From contig OZ253470.1 of NCBI GenBank assembly GCA_965261735.1, forward strand, positions 2,144,001 through 2,208,000: a stretch of DNA of 64,000 nt. The letters run 5' to 3'. Source of the stretch: Alphaproteobacteria bacterium (GTDB taxonomy: Bacteria; Pseudomonadota; Alphaproteobacteria; SHVV01). Position 1 is the first letter of the stretch. The number at the start of each line of letters is the position of its first letter. Under the pieces are notes generated by a model. It made no database searches. It saw only the letters and a program-made list of their open reading frames with translations, and had not been told where the DNA came from. This document shows positions 1-10,858 of the stretch, piece by piece. The position numbers and the translations under genes were made by a program.

Positions 1-192
1 ATGGTTCTTGGGCTGTCCACCGATCCTGTCTTGGTTGGGCCGCACCATGCCCGAGCGGAGCTTGTGGAGAATTTGAAAGGCCGTCTCGCCAGGGCGGTTT
101 TCAAAGTGGAACGGCTCTCCCGCCGTGCCGCAGTGCGGGCAGGCAAAGCCGTCTCCCCAGCGGGCTTTCTCCAGGTAGGCGGCGCAGGCCGC
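1..192 (-). mobile_element. Fragment of the ISSod11-type IS1595 element, internally deleted and truncated (runs off window start)
   Basis: Matches the intact copy at 59070-60174. About 170 bp are missing at ~88 (ccgtctcg|ccagggcgg), and the match stops at 192 where it joins an SBP gene. Confidence 0.9.
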
Positions 193-577
193 CGGCGGGA
201 TAGCTCTTGGCAACCGGCGAGTTGGTGTCCAGCAGCAGCCCGTCCCTGGTCATGTTTTCGCTGTCGGTGGCCGTGAGCATGAGCACGTCCGACAGGTGCC
301 GACCCGCCGCCGCCTCGGCTTCGAAGCGCTGGGCGATCTGCGTACTGTCGCCGCGGAAGAAGTCGAAATCGATTCCCGGGAAGCGGGCCTTGAAGGCATC
401 GGCGAGCTCTTGGATGAGCTCGATCGATTCGACGCTGTACATGACGACCTTGCCTTCGGCCTTGGCTGCCTCGTAGCGCTGCTTCAGCTCCGCATCGTAC
501 GGGGCCGCGGCAACGCTGGATGCCGCCACAATGGCGGCAGCAACGACCGATAGTGCGGTCGAGGAGTGGGTACGCAT
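193..577 (-). pseudogene. ABC transporter substrate-binding protein (Fe3+/thiamine-type), 3'-truncated
   Basis: GGAGGA RBS, signal peptide, AKAEGKVVMYS...FKARFPGI motif; the frame runs into IS sequence after ~128 codons. Confidence 0.75.
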
Positions 578-680
578 GGTTATCCTCCGACTGGTTGCTT
601 GTCGGCTTGGCGGCGGAGATCGAGCGTCTACCGCATGGAGCGATGCTCGCACAGCTAAGTCGCGCGATCGGTCCGGCCGA

Positions 681-2360
681 TCAGCCCGCGCGTAGTACGC
701 GGCCCGGGTAGCGGCCGCCGGTCACCGGCATGTCCTCGCCGTCCCGCCGGATCACGGTGCCGTCCACGATCACGGCGTCGATTCCGACCGCCTCGCAAAC
801 GATGCGATCGCCCCCCGCGGGTAAGTCGAACACGCGCTTGAGCGGCCCCGCGCCCACGGTCTCCGGATCGAACACGACCACGTCGGCCTGCAGGTCAGGC
901 GCCAGGCGACCGCGGTCGGCGAAGCCCGCGACCTCGGCCGGGCGGCCAGTCAGCATCTGGACCGCGCGCTCGAGCGACAGCGTACCGGTCTCGCGGACCC
1001 AGTGCTGCAGGATGTGGGTCGTGTAGTGAACGTTGCAGAGCTGGCTCGCATGGGCGCCGGCGTCGGAGAAGGCGACGACGCCCACGGGGTCCTGCAGGAT
1101 CTCGCCGACCTCGTCCTCTTCGTAGTTGAGGACGGGGAGGCGGAACTTGGCCTTGAGATCGCTGTCGGCGGAGAGATCGAGCGCCAGGTCTATGGGATGG
1201 ACGCCGCGCTCGCGCGCGACCTCGGCCAGTGGACGCTCGGCGAGGTCGGGCTCGTCGGGCACGTCGACGATAACCGTGCGCTCGGTCCATCCCTGCAGCG
1301 ATGCATCCATGCGATCGGGCTTGTCTTCCCGGAATGCGCGGCGGAACTCGGGGTCGCGATAAATCCGGCACTTGCCGGCACGGTCGGCCTTCATGCTCGC
1401 GGCCAGGAACTCGCGGCGCTCGAATGGCACCGGCACCTCGAAGTCGAACTCGAACTCGACCGGGAGCGGTGAAAACTGCGGGAATACCTTCAAGCCGCTG
1501 GCCTGGACCTCGTGCGCGTCGGCCAGGTACTGCCGGTGGGAGCCGGGTCCGGTGAGCCCCGAGAGGATCCCGGTCCAGCTGAATGTAAGGTCGTGCCGGC
1601 CGACGATCTCGTTGAACTTCTCCAGCCATTCGAGCTTCCCGATCGACGCCTGCATCATGCCGCCGCCGGCCTCGGCGAAGGCCCCGGCGAGCTGGTCGAT
1701 TTCGTCGAAGTCGGCCAGCCGGCTCGGGATCGGATGTCCGTCGTAGGCGAACTGGCCGAGCGAAAGCGAGGTCGTGAAACTCATGGCACCGGACTTGCGG
1801 GCAGCGCGAACCAGATCGCGCATGGCCTCGATCTCCTCGGCGTTGGCGGCGCGCTCGACCGCGTCCTCACCCATGACGTTGAGCCGCACCGCGGTGTGGC
1901 CGACCGAGAAGGCGACGTTGACGAGAACCCCGCGGCGCTCGATGGCATCGAGGTAGGCGGCGAAGTCGTGGAGCGGAAAGTCGGCGTCGATACCGGTCCG
2001 TAGCACGGCCAGGTTCATGCCCTCGACGCGCTCGAGGGTGCGCAGGATCAAGTCGCGGTGCTCGGGCCGGGTGGGCACGACCGAGAAGCCGCAATTGCCC
2101 ATCAGCGCCGTGGTGACGCCGTGCCAGGGCGAGATCGAGATGGTCGGGTCCCAGGTGATTTGCGCATCGTAGTGGGTGTGCAAATCGATGAAGCCGGGGC
2201 ACACGACACGGCCGGCGGCATCGATGGTCGCGTCCGCGACGCCGTCGACTTCACCGAGGGCGGCGATGCGACCGTCCTCGATCGCCACATCGCCGCGGTA
2301 GCCGGGTGCGCCCGTCCCATCGAGGATGGTGCCGCCGATGATCTTGAGGTCATAGGCCAT
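681..2360 (-). CDS. N-acyl-D-amino-acid deacylase family amidohydrolase
   Basis: PGFIDLHTHYDAQ, GNCGFS, SDAGAH, RGRLAPDLQADVVVFDP motifs. Confidence 0.9.
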   Translation of the reverse strand: MAYDLKIIGGTILDGTGAPGYRGDVAIEDGRIAALGEVDGVADATIDAAGRVVCPGFIDLHTHYDAQITWDPTISISPWHGVTTALMGNCGFSVVPTRPEHRDLILRTLERVEGMNLAVLRTGIDADFPLHDFAAYLDAIERRGVLVNVAFSVGHTAVRLNVMGEDAVERAANAEEIEAMRDLVRAARKSGAMSFTTSLSLGQFAYDGHPIPSRLADFDEIDQLAGAFAEAGGGMMQASIGKLEWLEKFNEIVGRHDLTFSWTGILSGLTGPGSHRQYLADAHEVQASGLKVFPQFSPLPVEFEFDFEVPVPFERREFLAASMKADRAGKCRIYRDPEFRRAFREDKPDRMDASLQGWTERTVIVDVPDEPDLAERPLAEVARERGVHPIDLALDLSADSDLKAKFRLPVLNYEEDEVGEILQDPVGVVAFSDAGAHASQLCNVHYTTHILQHWVRETGTLSLERAVQMLTGRPAEVAGFADRGRLAPDLQADVVVFDPETVGAGPLKRVFDLPAGGDRIVCEAVGIDAVIVDGTVIRRDGEDMPVTGGRYPGRVLRAG

Positions 2361-2492
2361 GTCGGTCACCGTCGCTGGTTGATCTTTCGCATTGTACGCC
2401 CGGCAGCCGCGCGGTCTACACGGCAGTGGCCCCCGTGGTCGGCACGGTGCTATGCTTTTTGTCTCCCTTCATCCATAGGGGCGGGGGCTCTC

Positions 2493-3854
2493 ATGGCCGC
2501 GTTCTTCCGCTGCGGCAAGCTCTTTACGGGGCGCGACGAGCAGGCGCTCGCCGACCACACCGTCGTGGCCGAGGACGGCCGCGTCACCCATGTCGGCCCG
2601 ACCGCCTCGGCGCCCGAGCCGGGTCCCGGCGACTCCCTGATCGACCACAGCGCGCACTTCGTCATGCCTGGACTGATCGACGGGCACGTCCATGTCCACG
2701 CCGGCAACGCCCAGGCCGAGGAGAACATGGACATTTATGCGCCGCTCGAGTTTCGCGCGCTGCGCGGCCTGGTCAATGCCCAGCGCATGTTTTCGGCCGG
2801 CTATACCGGCATGATCGACGGCGGCACCACCGGCCGCGTTTCGTTGGCGGTACGCGATGCGATCAATGCCGGGCTGTTTCCGGGGCCACGCATGATGTGC
2901 TCCGGCGGCTTCCTGACGACGCGCCAAGGCGCACCCGATATGTACCCGAGCTGGTTCAACAACCCCTACTCGCTGCGGCTGCTGGCGACCTCGATCGACG
3001 GCGCGCTCGAGTCCATCCGCACCATGGTCAAGGACGGGGTCGACTGCGTCAAACTCGGCCTCGACGGCCGTCAGCTCAACTTCGAGGGCGGGCTCGCCGC
3101 CGCCTTCAGCGAGGGCGAGACGCTGCGGCTGGCGCGAGAAGCCCAACGGCTGGGCAAGTGGGTGAAGGTGCATGCCAAGGGTACCCAGGGCTTGCTCTAC
3201 GGTGCGCGCGCCGGTGCCCGCGTGATCAACCACGCCGCCGACGTCACCGACGAGGTGGTCGATGCGCTGCTCGAGAGCGGCACCGCCCTGTGTCCACAGC
3301 TCGCGCTCATTTACAGCTTCACCTGCTTTACCCAGCCGACCGACAACTATTACCAATTCACCGCGCGCGGCCTGGACGAGTGGGCCCGTACCGTCGCCTC
3401 GATGCGCAAGGCATACGAGGCCGGCGTGCCGATCATCGCCGGCAGCGACGCCGGGTTCGCCTGCGTTCCCTTCGGCGAGTGGCACGCGCTCGAGATGAAG
3501 CTCCTGGTCGACTACTGCGGGCTGACCCCAGCCGAGAGCCTGCGCGCCGGGACCTCGCTACCCGGCGATTTATTCCCGGCGGACGCTCGGCCCGGCACGC
3601 TGGCACCCGGCTACTTCGCCGATATCGTGGCCTTCGAGGGCGACCCGCTCGCCGACATCGGCGTCATCGTCGACAAGCGCAACGTGCGCGGCCTCTATCG
3701 TGGCGGCGAGGCGGTGACATGCGTCGCGCCCGAGATCAACGCGGATACCGAGACCAACTTCTCCTACCGCATGTGGCAGCAGATTTACGATCAGAAGACC
3801 GTCGCCGGGCTGGAGAAGAAGCCGCCGCTTCACGCCCCGGCCGGGCTCGCGTAG
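2493..3854 (+). CDS. Metal-dependent amidohydrolase (amidohydro_1, prolidase-like)
   Basis: MPGLIDGHVH, KVHA, INHA, AGSDAG, GTLAPGYFADIV motifs; ATG at 2493. Confidence 0.85.
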   Translation: MAAFFRCGKLFTGRDEQALADHTVVAEDGRVTHVGPTASAPEPGPGDSLIDHSAHFVMPGLIDGHVHVHAGNAQAEENMDIYAPLEFRALRGLVNAQRMFSAGYTGMIDGGTTGRVSLAVRDAINAGLFPGPRMMCSGGFLTTRQGAPDMYPSWFNNPYSLRLLATSIDGALESIRTMVKDGVDCVKLGLDGRQLNFEGGLAAAFSEGETLRLAREAQRLGKWVKVHAKGTQGLLYGARAGARVINHAADVTDEVVDALLESGTALCPQLALIYSFTCFTQPTDNYYQFTARGLDEWARTVASMRKAYEAGVPIIAGSDAGFACVPFGEWHALEMKLLVDYCGLTPAESLRAGTSLPGDLFPADARPGTLAPGYFADIVAFEGDPLADIGVIVDKRNVRGLYRGGEAVTCVAPEINADTETNFSYRMWQQIYDQKTVAGLEKKPPLHAPAGLA

Positions 3855-3879
3855 GCGGCCCGGCGCGGCCGCGCTGGCG

Positions 3880-4590
3880 TCACGCGCCCAGTCCGGCCTT
3901 GCGAAGGCCGTCGAGCACGTGATCGAGCTCATCGGGAGCCAAGTAAAACCAGCCGCCGTGCCAGTTCGTCGCGAGTTCCGGTTGAATGCGACGGCACCCG
4001 CCGAGAGCCTCCTCAGCCTCCGATTCCTGACCCAGATGGCCGAAGCTCGCGGCTAGAACGACATGAGCATCGAGGTGGTCCGCCCGTCGGCCGATCGCCT
4101 TCTGCGCCCATTCGACTGCCTTTTCGTAGTCTCGGCATTGCATGTGCGCGCCGGCCAGCCGCGTCATGAAGAAGTGATTGTAGGGGTCCTTTGGACTGAT
4201 TTCGAGCCCCTGCTCGATGTAGGGAATGCCTTCGCCCGGCCGGCCTAGATAGATGAGTTGGACGCCATAGGCGATCCGACCGGCGCCGGTCGGATCGAGT
4301 TCCATGGCGCGCATGGATTGCGCAGCGGCGAGTTCGAACCGACCAGCCCGGGCGAGCGCCAAGCCGAGGATGACGTGGGCCCAAGCGTCATCGTCGTCGA
4401 GCGCCACGGCCCGTTGCGCGGCCGCGATGCAGAGGCGCGAAGATTCGGCCCGATCTTCGCCATAACCGAAGACGACATCGCGGTGATGGGAATGGGCTAA
4501 ACCGGCATAGGCCTGACTGTAGCCGGGGTCGAGCGCTAGCGCCCGTTCGAACATGGTACGCGCCTCGATCGTTCCCCGTTTGGTTTGTTC
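3880..4590 (-). pseudogene. TPR-repeat C-terminal part of an adenylate cyclase/TolB-like/TPR-type protein, 5'-truncated by IS
   Basis: FERALALDPGYSQAYAGLA and further TPRs, ending LDGLRKAGL. The upstream sequence is the IS terminus at 4591. Confidence 0.75.
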
Positions 4591-5633
4591 CTTTCCTATC
4601 CGGTTTACACCCACACCCACTAGGGCTAGAATGGGCGCAAACCGGATATAGGGGAGCGCGCCATGGATGTTCTCGACCGCGCCGATCTCCCATTCCCGCA
4701 TTCGCTACCCGAGTTCCAGCGACTTTTCCCCGATGATGCGGCCTGCGCCGCCTACCTGGAGAAAGCCCGCTGGGGAGACGGCTTTGCGCTGCCGCAAGTG
4801 CCGCCAGAACACCGGGCTGACGGTGGGAACAGTGATGGAGCGTAGCCACACTCCGCTGAACGTCTGGTTCTGGGCCGCTTATCTGGTCGCCAGTCAGACG
4901 CCCGGCATGTCCGCCGTGCAGTTTCAGCGGCAACTTGGTCTTTCGCGCTACGAGACGGCCTTTCAAATTCTCCACAAGCTCCGCTCGGGCATGGTGCGGC
5001 CCAACCAAGACAGGATCGGTGGACAGCCCAAGAACCATGTTGAGGTGGACGAAACCTGGGTTGGCGGGCGAACGCGTGGGGAAGGCCGTGGTGTTCACCA
5101 CAAGGTTCCCGTCTCCTGTGCCATCGAGGTGCGTCATCGAAAGCCGGGCACCAAGCTCGACAACCGGAAAGACGGACGCTATGCCGGACGCGTTCGGCTC
5201 GCCGTCGTGCTCGACCGTAGCGCCGAGTCGCTCTGTGGGTTCGTCGAGAGCACCGTCGCGCCGCGATCGCTGATCGTTACTGACGATTGGAGCGGCTATG
5301 CTGGCCTCGGTAAGCGCGGCTATGAGCACTTCGCTGTTGCCGAGTGTGGTGATCCAGAGGTTGCCGAGCAATACCTGCCGATCATCCATCTGATTTTCGC
5401 CAACCTGAAGACGTGGCTGATCGGTATCCACCACGGCGTTAGCCACCAGCACCTACAAGCCTACCTCAACGAGTTCACCTTCCGCTTCAACAGGCGGTTC
5501 TACCCGTTCAACGCCTTCCGCTCATTGCTCGGCATCGCGGGCGACACCTCTGCTCCAACCTATGCCGAGCTTTACTCGGGAGAGTGGCGGCACCCTACAT
5601 GTAGCGGTCATGGGCGTTAACCGGATAGCCAAG
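4591..5633 (+). mobile_element. IS1595 family, ISSod11 subgroup, copy A (transposase frameshifted by a 62-bp deletion; no TSD)
   Basis: Termini CTTTCCTATCCGGTTTACAC / GTTAACCGGATAGCCAAG; VEVDETW, VTDDW, LPIIHL..NLK motifs. Length is 1043 bp vs 1105 bp for the intact copy; the deletion at ~4787 has TGC microhomology. The flanks do not match. Confidence 0.92.
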
Positions 5634-5866
5634 AAGAACTCAGAGCAGCCATCCCCCATTACGTCGACTTGACGGATGGCGACATGGAAGACTCCCCTAG
5701 CCGACCCGGCGAGCAACGCTGGGAACAGATTATGCGGAACATCCAGTCACACCACTTAAGCCCGAATAACTTCATCAACCTCGGGTACTTGGAGCACGTA
5801 CCGGGCGGTGGCCTCAGGATAACCCCTGATGGATACGATCTCATATCAAATCTCGACGCTTCGTAG
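5634..5866 (+). pseudogene. Small winged-helix-like protein fragment (possible IS passenger), 5'-truncated
   Basis: SRPGEQRWEQIMRNIQSHH...GGLRITPDG; lower GC; begins at the IS end. Confidence 0.4.
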
Positions 5867-5869
5867 GCG

Positions 5870-6058
5870 TTATTGCTGTGTGGGGGGATGCAATTCGGTT
5901 CCGTCGAACTCGCCCCCCCATCCGATGACGGGAATCTTTCCAGCGTCCCAAAGCGGCTGGCATATGGCCAGCGTTGCTTGCTCTGTCTTTTCAAGGGACA
6001 GTCCGGGCGGACAGGGCGGGATGGGAATGCGAACTCGCGGCCAGTCGGGTTTTTCCAT
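5870..6058 (-). CDS. Small hypothetical protein
   Basis: GGAGGA RBS before the ATG; 62 aa; downstream of and co-oriented with the IS1595 transposase. Confidence 0.35.
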   Translation of the reverse strand: MEKPDWPRVRIPIPPCPPGLSLEKTEQATLAICQPLWDAGKIPVIGWGGEFDGTELHPPTQQ

Positions 6059-6142
6059 CGGTTCCTCCTTGATGAAGGAACCGTCGCAGAATCTACAAGA
6101 ATGCCAAGGACTTAGTGGAATCTAGGAGAGAAAAATGGTGTC

Positions 6143-7078
6143 TTAGTCGGCTACGAGATCCCGGTACATCAACCGTTTGCCGACCATTCCGGCAACGATG
6201 TTCTGCATCTGCGTGATTGTGTCTTGCTCGCGGACACCGTGGCGACCGGAAAACTCGTCAACATAGCGTTGCAGGTGTTTCGGGCTGATCTTGTGGTAGA
6301 CGCCCTTGTGGGCTCGCTTCAGCATCGACCAGAAGCTCTCGATGCCGTTGGTATGGGCCATGTCCCGGACGTACTCGCCAACGCTGTGGCGGACGCTCTC
6401 ATGGTCGAAGGGCATGCCCTTGTAGGCCTTCGCGTCGTCGGTATAGACGGTTGCGCCATCGGCGGCGCTGTCTGCGACGAACTTCTGTAGGGTCTTGGCG
6501 TCGGTATTCTCAACGACCTTTGCCTTGACCTTGTTGGTCTTCCGATCCTTCGCGCCCACGACAGCAGCTTTGCCGACGCCGCCCCTGCCAGCCCGGAGTT
6601 TCTTTCTGGAGTGCTTGTTGCTTTCCTTGCCGCCGAAATAGGTTTCGTCGATCTCGACCGGCCCGGCGAATAGCTTGTCGTCTCCTTCCCACGCCTTGCG
6701 GATGCGTTGCAGCATGAACCACGCGGCGGGCTGGGAAACCCCGATATCCCGGTGTAGCTTCATGCTCGACACGCCCTTGAGGCTGGTTAGGTGCAAGTAG
6801 ATAGCAAAGACCCACTTGCGGAGAGGGATATGCGACTTGTGCATCACTGTCCCGGTCTTGACCGAGAAGTAGCCGCGACAGTCCGAGCACCGATAGGGCA
6901 TGTTGTTATGGCCGGCCTCGTGGGTGTGTGTGCTCCCACAGTGGGGGCAATGCCTACCGCTTGGCCAGACACGGGCCTCAAACCACTCGCGCGCGCTTCC
7001 CTCGGTGGGAAACATGTCGCAAAGCTGCACTAGAGTGATGCCTTCACGGTCTGATTTTCCTGGGGATTGATGGGCCAT
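6143..7078 (-). CDS. IS1595 family (ISXO2-like) transposase, second type
   Basis: Zn ribbon CPHC..YRCSDC, GPVEIDETYFGG, VYTDD, HTNGIESFWSMLKR. Confidence 0.93.
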   Translation of the reverse strand: MAHQSPGKSDREGITLVQLCDMFPTEGSAREWFEARVWPSGRHCPHCGSTHTHEAGHNNMPYRCSDCRGYFSVKTGTVMHKSHIPLRKWVFAIYLHLTSLKGVSSMKLHRDIGVSQPAAWFMLQRIRKAWEGDDKLFAGPVEIDETYFGGKESNKHSRKKLRAGRGGVGKAAVVGAKDRKTNKVKAKVVENTDAKTLQKFVADSAADGATVYTDDAKAYKGMPFDHESVRHSVGEYVRDMAHTNGIESFWSMLKRAHKGVYHKISPKHLQRYVDEFSGRHGVREQDTITQMQNIVAGMVGKRLMYRDLVAD

Positions 7079-7101
7079 TGATCTCGTCTCCCTATGCTCT
7101 G

Positions 7102-7147
7102 AATATAGGGATTCATGGGCCCATGTCAATACAAGCTTATAAGCCCC
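7102..7147 (-). promoter_or_regulatory. Probable IS left end with a sigma70-like promoter for the transposase
   Basis: Minus strand GGGGCTTATAAGCTTGTA-TTGACA-16 nt-TATATT upstream of the ATG at 7078. The VapE ORF is interrupted here. Confidence 0.6.
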
Positions 7148-8970
7148 TTTTTTAGGGCGGCCGCGAGTCTCATCTGGAGCGCCCGATCCAGCCGCAAGTC
7201 CCACTCGGGGTCCCCTCGGCGTAGCTCGTTGCGCAGCTCCTCCAGCGAGAAACCCTCCGGGTTGTCAACGAGGCACATCGTGGCAGCCGCGCGAACATCG
7301 TCCTCTCCGGCGTCGCGGTCCCGGTGATCCTCGGCGCGCTCCGCCGCCAGTGTGTGAAGGTCGCGCGGCAGATTGGCGCGCTCGCCTTTTTTGTAGCGCG
7401 CCAGCGCCTCGCTCCACCACTGATTGCGGTCAACGGACGCGGCCGAAACATCGCAACCACGCGCTAGCTCCACCACAACGAACCGGCGATTTCCGGACGG
7501 GTCGTTGGGCAGGCACTCGGAATCGTTCGTTGTGCCGATGAACACGCAACCGCGCGGGCTGGGTACGGCCGCCCGCGCGTAGGCGTGGCGGAATTGTCCA
7601 TCATCTTGCCGCGATAAGAAACTTTTGAGCCGCTCAAGTTCGGCCTTGCGAATGCCGGTCATTTCCGACAACTCGACAACGACCTTGCCGGCAAGCTGCT
7701 CCGCTTGCTCCTTCGGCCTCGCGCCCAGGTCTACGGCGTCGCCGTGCCACTCGTGCTGCCACTCAGTGAACCAGTTCCTCGGAAACGCGGATTTGCCGAC
7801 GCCTTGCTCGCCGAGGAGGACGGGCACTTCGTCGAGTTTGCACCCAGGCTCGTGCGCCCGCTGGACCGCGCCGATGCCGATGTACGAAGATGCCCAGCGG
7901 GTCAGCGGGTCGTCCTCGGCCCCGAACAGATTCGTACGCAGCCCGTCAATCCGCTGAACGCCATCCCACGGGGGAAGCGTCTCCAGCCAATCGCGGAAGG
8001 GGTCGCGCCGCAGGCCGTTGCCGAGGGCGCGGCGGAGGTCGAGGAACACGTCGGGCGAAAACTTAAGCGGCATCACCGCGTTCGACCCGCCCTTTGTTAA
8101 AAATTTCCCCGCAATCTCATGGCGCAACCAAGCATCGCGCTCGTCGTCGGCGACCTCCCACTTGCCGCCGAGGAGATATTCGTAGCGTTTTGCACGGGTG
8201 TTTAGTTGCAGTTCGATGCCCAGGCTCGCCAGGCAGAACGCCAGGCCGGCCGGCGTGCGGGCGTTGTCAACGGGTGTCCGCGCGCCCTGCCGCTTGCCGG
8301 CCGCTACGGCGCTTTTGACCGTTTCCGCAATCTCGCGCTCCGGCAACCCCGCTTGGCGCGCGGTTTCAACATGCCCCTCGATGGGCGCACCGTTGATGGT
8401 CGCCAGGAAGACCTTCCGATTGAGCGTGTTGTTGCGATTGCCGACCTCGGGCACGCCGGACTGCTCCTTGGGTTTGGGGGGCAGCTGGGCGAGGTCGGCC
8501 AAATTAAGGTTGCGCAGCGAGTGCGACGGCTCGGCCAGGGCCGCCGCGACTGCGCCAGCGTCCCACAAAATCGCATGCCCAAAGCCGCCGCGAATGTCGC
8601 CGTCTCGCCACTGCTTATTGTGAACGTCGGCGGCGTCACGGCATCGGTACCAAAGGTGCCAGCGACCCGCTTGCCTCGACGGCAGCTTGGCCAGTGGGAG
8701 GCCAAACCGCTCGACAACTTCGTCGGCCGCCTCGTCGCCGCCGTAGTCCACGTCGATCACGACGCAGCCGAGAGAAGCGGGCATTACTCCGACCAGTTTG
8801 GTGTGCCTTAAAACCCTGTCGAGGGGCGCCGCGTTTTGCGGCTTTTGCCATTTCTTCCACATGGCCTTCTTGTTCAGCCAGCACAGAACAAAATGTGCGC
8901 CGGCGTCTGCCAGGGCCGTCAGGGCCGCCCGCGCGTCGCCTTGAATTTCGGTCGCCCGGGCGCTAGCCAT
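7148..8970 (-). pseudogene. Primase-polymerase/PriCT/VapE-like helicase fusion (phage/satellite-type replication protein), C-terminus cut by IS
   Basis: VVIDVD and WHLWY (Prim-Pol), GNRNNTL (PriCT), GCKLD..VLLGEQGVGKS, VVELSEM, FIGTTND..GNRRF (VapE). Confidence 0.8.
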
Positions 8971-9276
8971 CGTCCGCCTCCAACTCCGCCTCCGCGCGCG
9001 CTTCTAGCTGCGAAAGCGTTGTGCCGGCTTCGCGCGCTTCGATCTCCCCAAGCGCCTGAATCCAGGCGGTTGGGTCGTTGGTTGATAGCCACGCATCCAA
9101 TAAGGGATTGCTGGACTCGGGGGGATACTCGGGCAAAAACCGCCACCACAGGCCGGGTGGGTTGCTGGCCTCGGGCCGGTTGGGCAGGTTGGGACACGCG
9201 CGAAATTCGTCTTTATAATAAATGCCCCTGTTTGGGGCGGCTGGGACACCTAACTTGTTGATTTCATTAGTGATCC

Positions 9277-9297
9277 CGAGTCCTGCCCGGCCCACCA
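9277..9297 (+). other. tRNA 3'-end fragment (att-like site)
   Basis: CGAGTCCTGCCCGGCCCACCA = partial T-arm + acceptor strand + CCA, with no tRNA 5' half upstream. Confidence 0.65.
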
Positions 9298-9548
9298 ACC
9301 CTCGACGGAAGAGGGCACCGGATCCCGGCCTGCCGCCAGAGCGGCTGCCAGGGCTGCGGGGCCGAAGCTGATCAGGTCGCGGAAGAAGCGCGACAGGCTG
9401 TGGACGATGATGAGGTCGACCGGGCGGTCGGAGCGATGCGCATCTTCGATCATGCGCTGGAACACCGGGCGCCGATCATCTGTGGCGCTCGCGCCTGGTT
9501 CGATGTAGGTCGCGGCGACCTGCCAGCCCTTGGTGGCGCAGAGGGCTC
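9298..9548 (-). pseudogene. Large serine recombinase relic
   Basis: KGWQVAATYIEPGASATDDRRPVFQRMI...IIVHSLSRFFRD (resolvase domain) fused directly to a C-terminal-like VPSSVEGW that reads into the att. Confidence 0.75.
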
Positions 9549-9839
9549 GTGTTGGCGACGCCGGACGTTCGTGTATTTGGGACGGGCCAGATTGACCTTA
9601 AGGAGGAACAGATCCGACTTGAGTTTCGACCCGAAACGAAGAACCGTCAGCTCATAAAACTCGCGACACCGTTTGCAATGAGCAGGCCTCTGGTCTCGCC
9701 GAAGATCGAAATAAACCCCGTGGGTGCGGCCGCGACGAGCGTCGGTGTCGTGGCGGCCTCGCCTCTCAACGCCTTGGGCGCATTGGTTTCCAGGGTTATC
9801 GACGGTGGGGCCGATGCCGCGAACCCTTGCGCTCAGTAG
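9549..9839 (+). pseudogene. AsmA-family C-terminal fragment
   Basis: TPDVRVFGTGQIDLKEEQIRLEFRP...ANPC; no N-terminal part. Confidence 0.55.
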
Positions 9840-9922
9840 TAGCGAGCGTTCGAGGCGCATTGAGGTGGCCTCGGTTTGTCGGACAGCTTGGCGGCTTGAT
9901 TAAGGTGTATTCCAGTTGTCGT

Positions 9923-10858
9923 TCATGCCGCCAGAATCCCTTTGCATCGATCTCCTTGCCGTTGTTGTTGCGCCTGTGGGGATGTGGGCAAGGCGCGTAG
10001 CGGCTTGTCCATCATATCCACAGGCGGGGCGCCGCGGTAGGCCTCGGCCGGCGTTTCCCCCCCGAGCGCCGAGTGCGGCCTCTCGGTGTTGTAGAAGTCG
10101 ATCCACTCGCCGATGACGCGCCGGGCCTCGAAGCCGTCGGCGAGCTCGCGCAGATAGACGGCCTCGTATTTGAGCGAGCGCCACAGCCGCTCAATGAAGA
10201 TGTTGTCCAGGCACCGGCCCCTGCCGTCCATCGAGATCCGGATGCCGGTCTCCCGCAAGCGCCCGGTGAAGGCGAAGCCGGTGAACTGGCTGCCCTGGTC
10301 GGTATTGAAGATCTCCGGCGTGCCATGGCGGGCCAGCGCCTCGTCGAGCGCGTCTGTGCAGAAGCCCGCATCCAGGGTGTTCGACAGACGCCAAGCCAGC
10401 ACATGCCGGTTGGCCCAGTCCATGATCGCCACCAGGTAAAGAAAGCCGCGCCGCACCGGGATGTAGGTGATGTCGGCGCACCAGACATGGTTCGCCCGCT
10501 CGATCGTCAAGCCTCTGAGCAGATAGGGGTAGACCCGGTGCTCGGGATGCGGATCGCTGGTGCGCGGCGCCCGATAGATCGCCTGAAGCCCCATCAGGCG
10601 CATCAGACGACCGGCCCGGCGACGACCGACGCGCACGCCCTCGCGGCGTAGATGACGGACCATCTGACGGGCGCCGTAGAACGGATACTTCAGGAACAAC
10701 TCATCAATGCGCCGCATCAGCGCCAGGGTCTCCGGGCTCTCGCCCTTGGGCGTGTAATAGAGCGAGGAGCGTCCGATCGACAGCAAACGGCATTGACGGC
10801 TCAAGCTCAGCGCCGGGTGAGCGCGTATCACCATCGTTCGCCTCTCGGCCCGGCTCAT
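9923..10858 (-). CDS. IS3 transposase OrfB (DDE integrase core)
   Basis: WCADITYI, FNTDQGSQF, DNIFIERLWRSLKYE. Confidence 0.93.
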   Translation of the reverse strand: MSRAERRTMVIRAHPALSLSRQCRLLSIGRSSLYYTPKGESPETLALMRRIDELFLKYPFYGARQMVRHLRREGVRVGRRRAGRLMRLMGLQAIYRAPRTSDPHPEHRVYPYLLRGLTIERANHVWCADITYIPVRRGFLYLVAIMDWANRHVLAWRLSNTLDAGFCTDALDEALARHGTPEIFNTDQGSQFTGFAFTGRLRETGIRISMDGRGRCLDNIFIERLWRSLKYEAVYLRELADGFEARRVIGEWIDFYNTERPHSALGGETPAEAYRGAPPVDMMDKPLRALPTSPQAQQQRQGDRCKGILAA

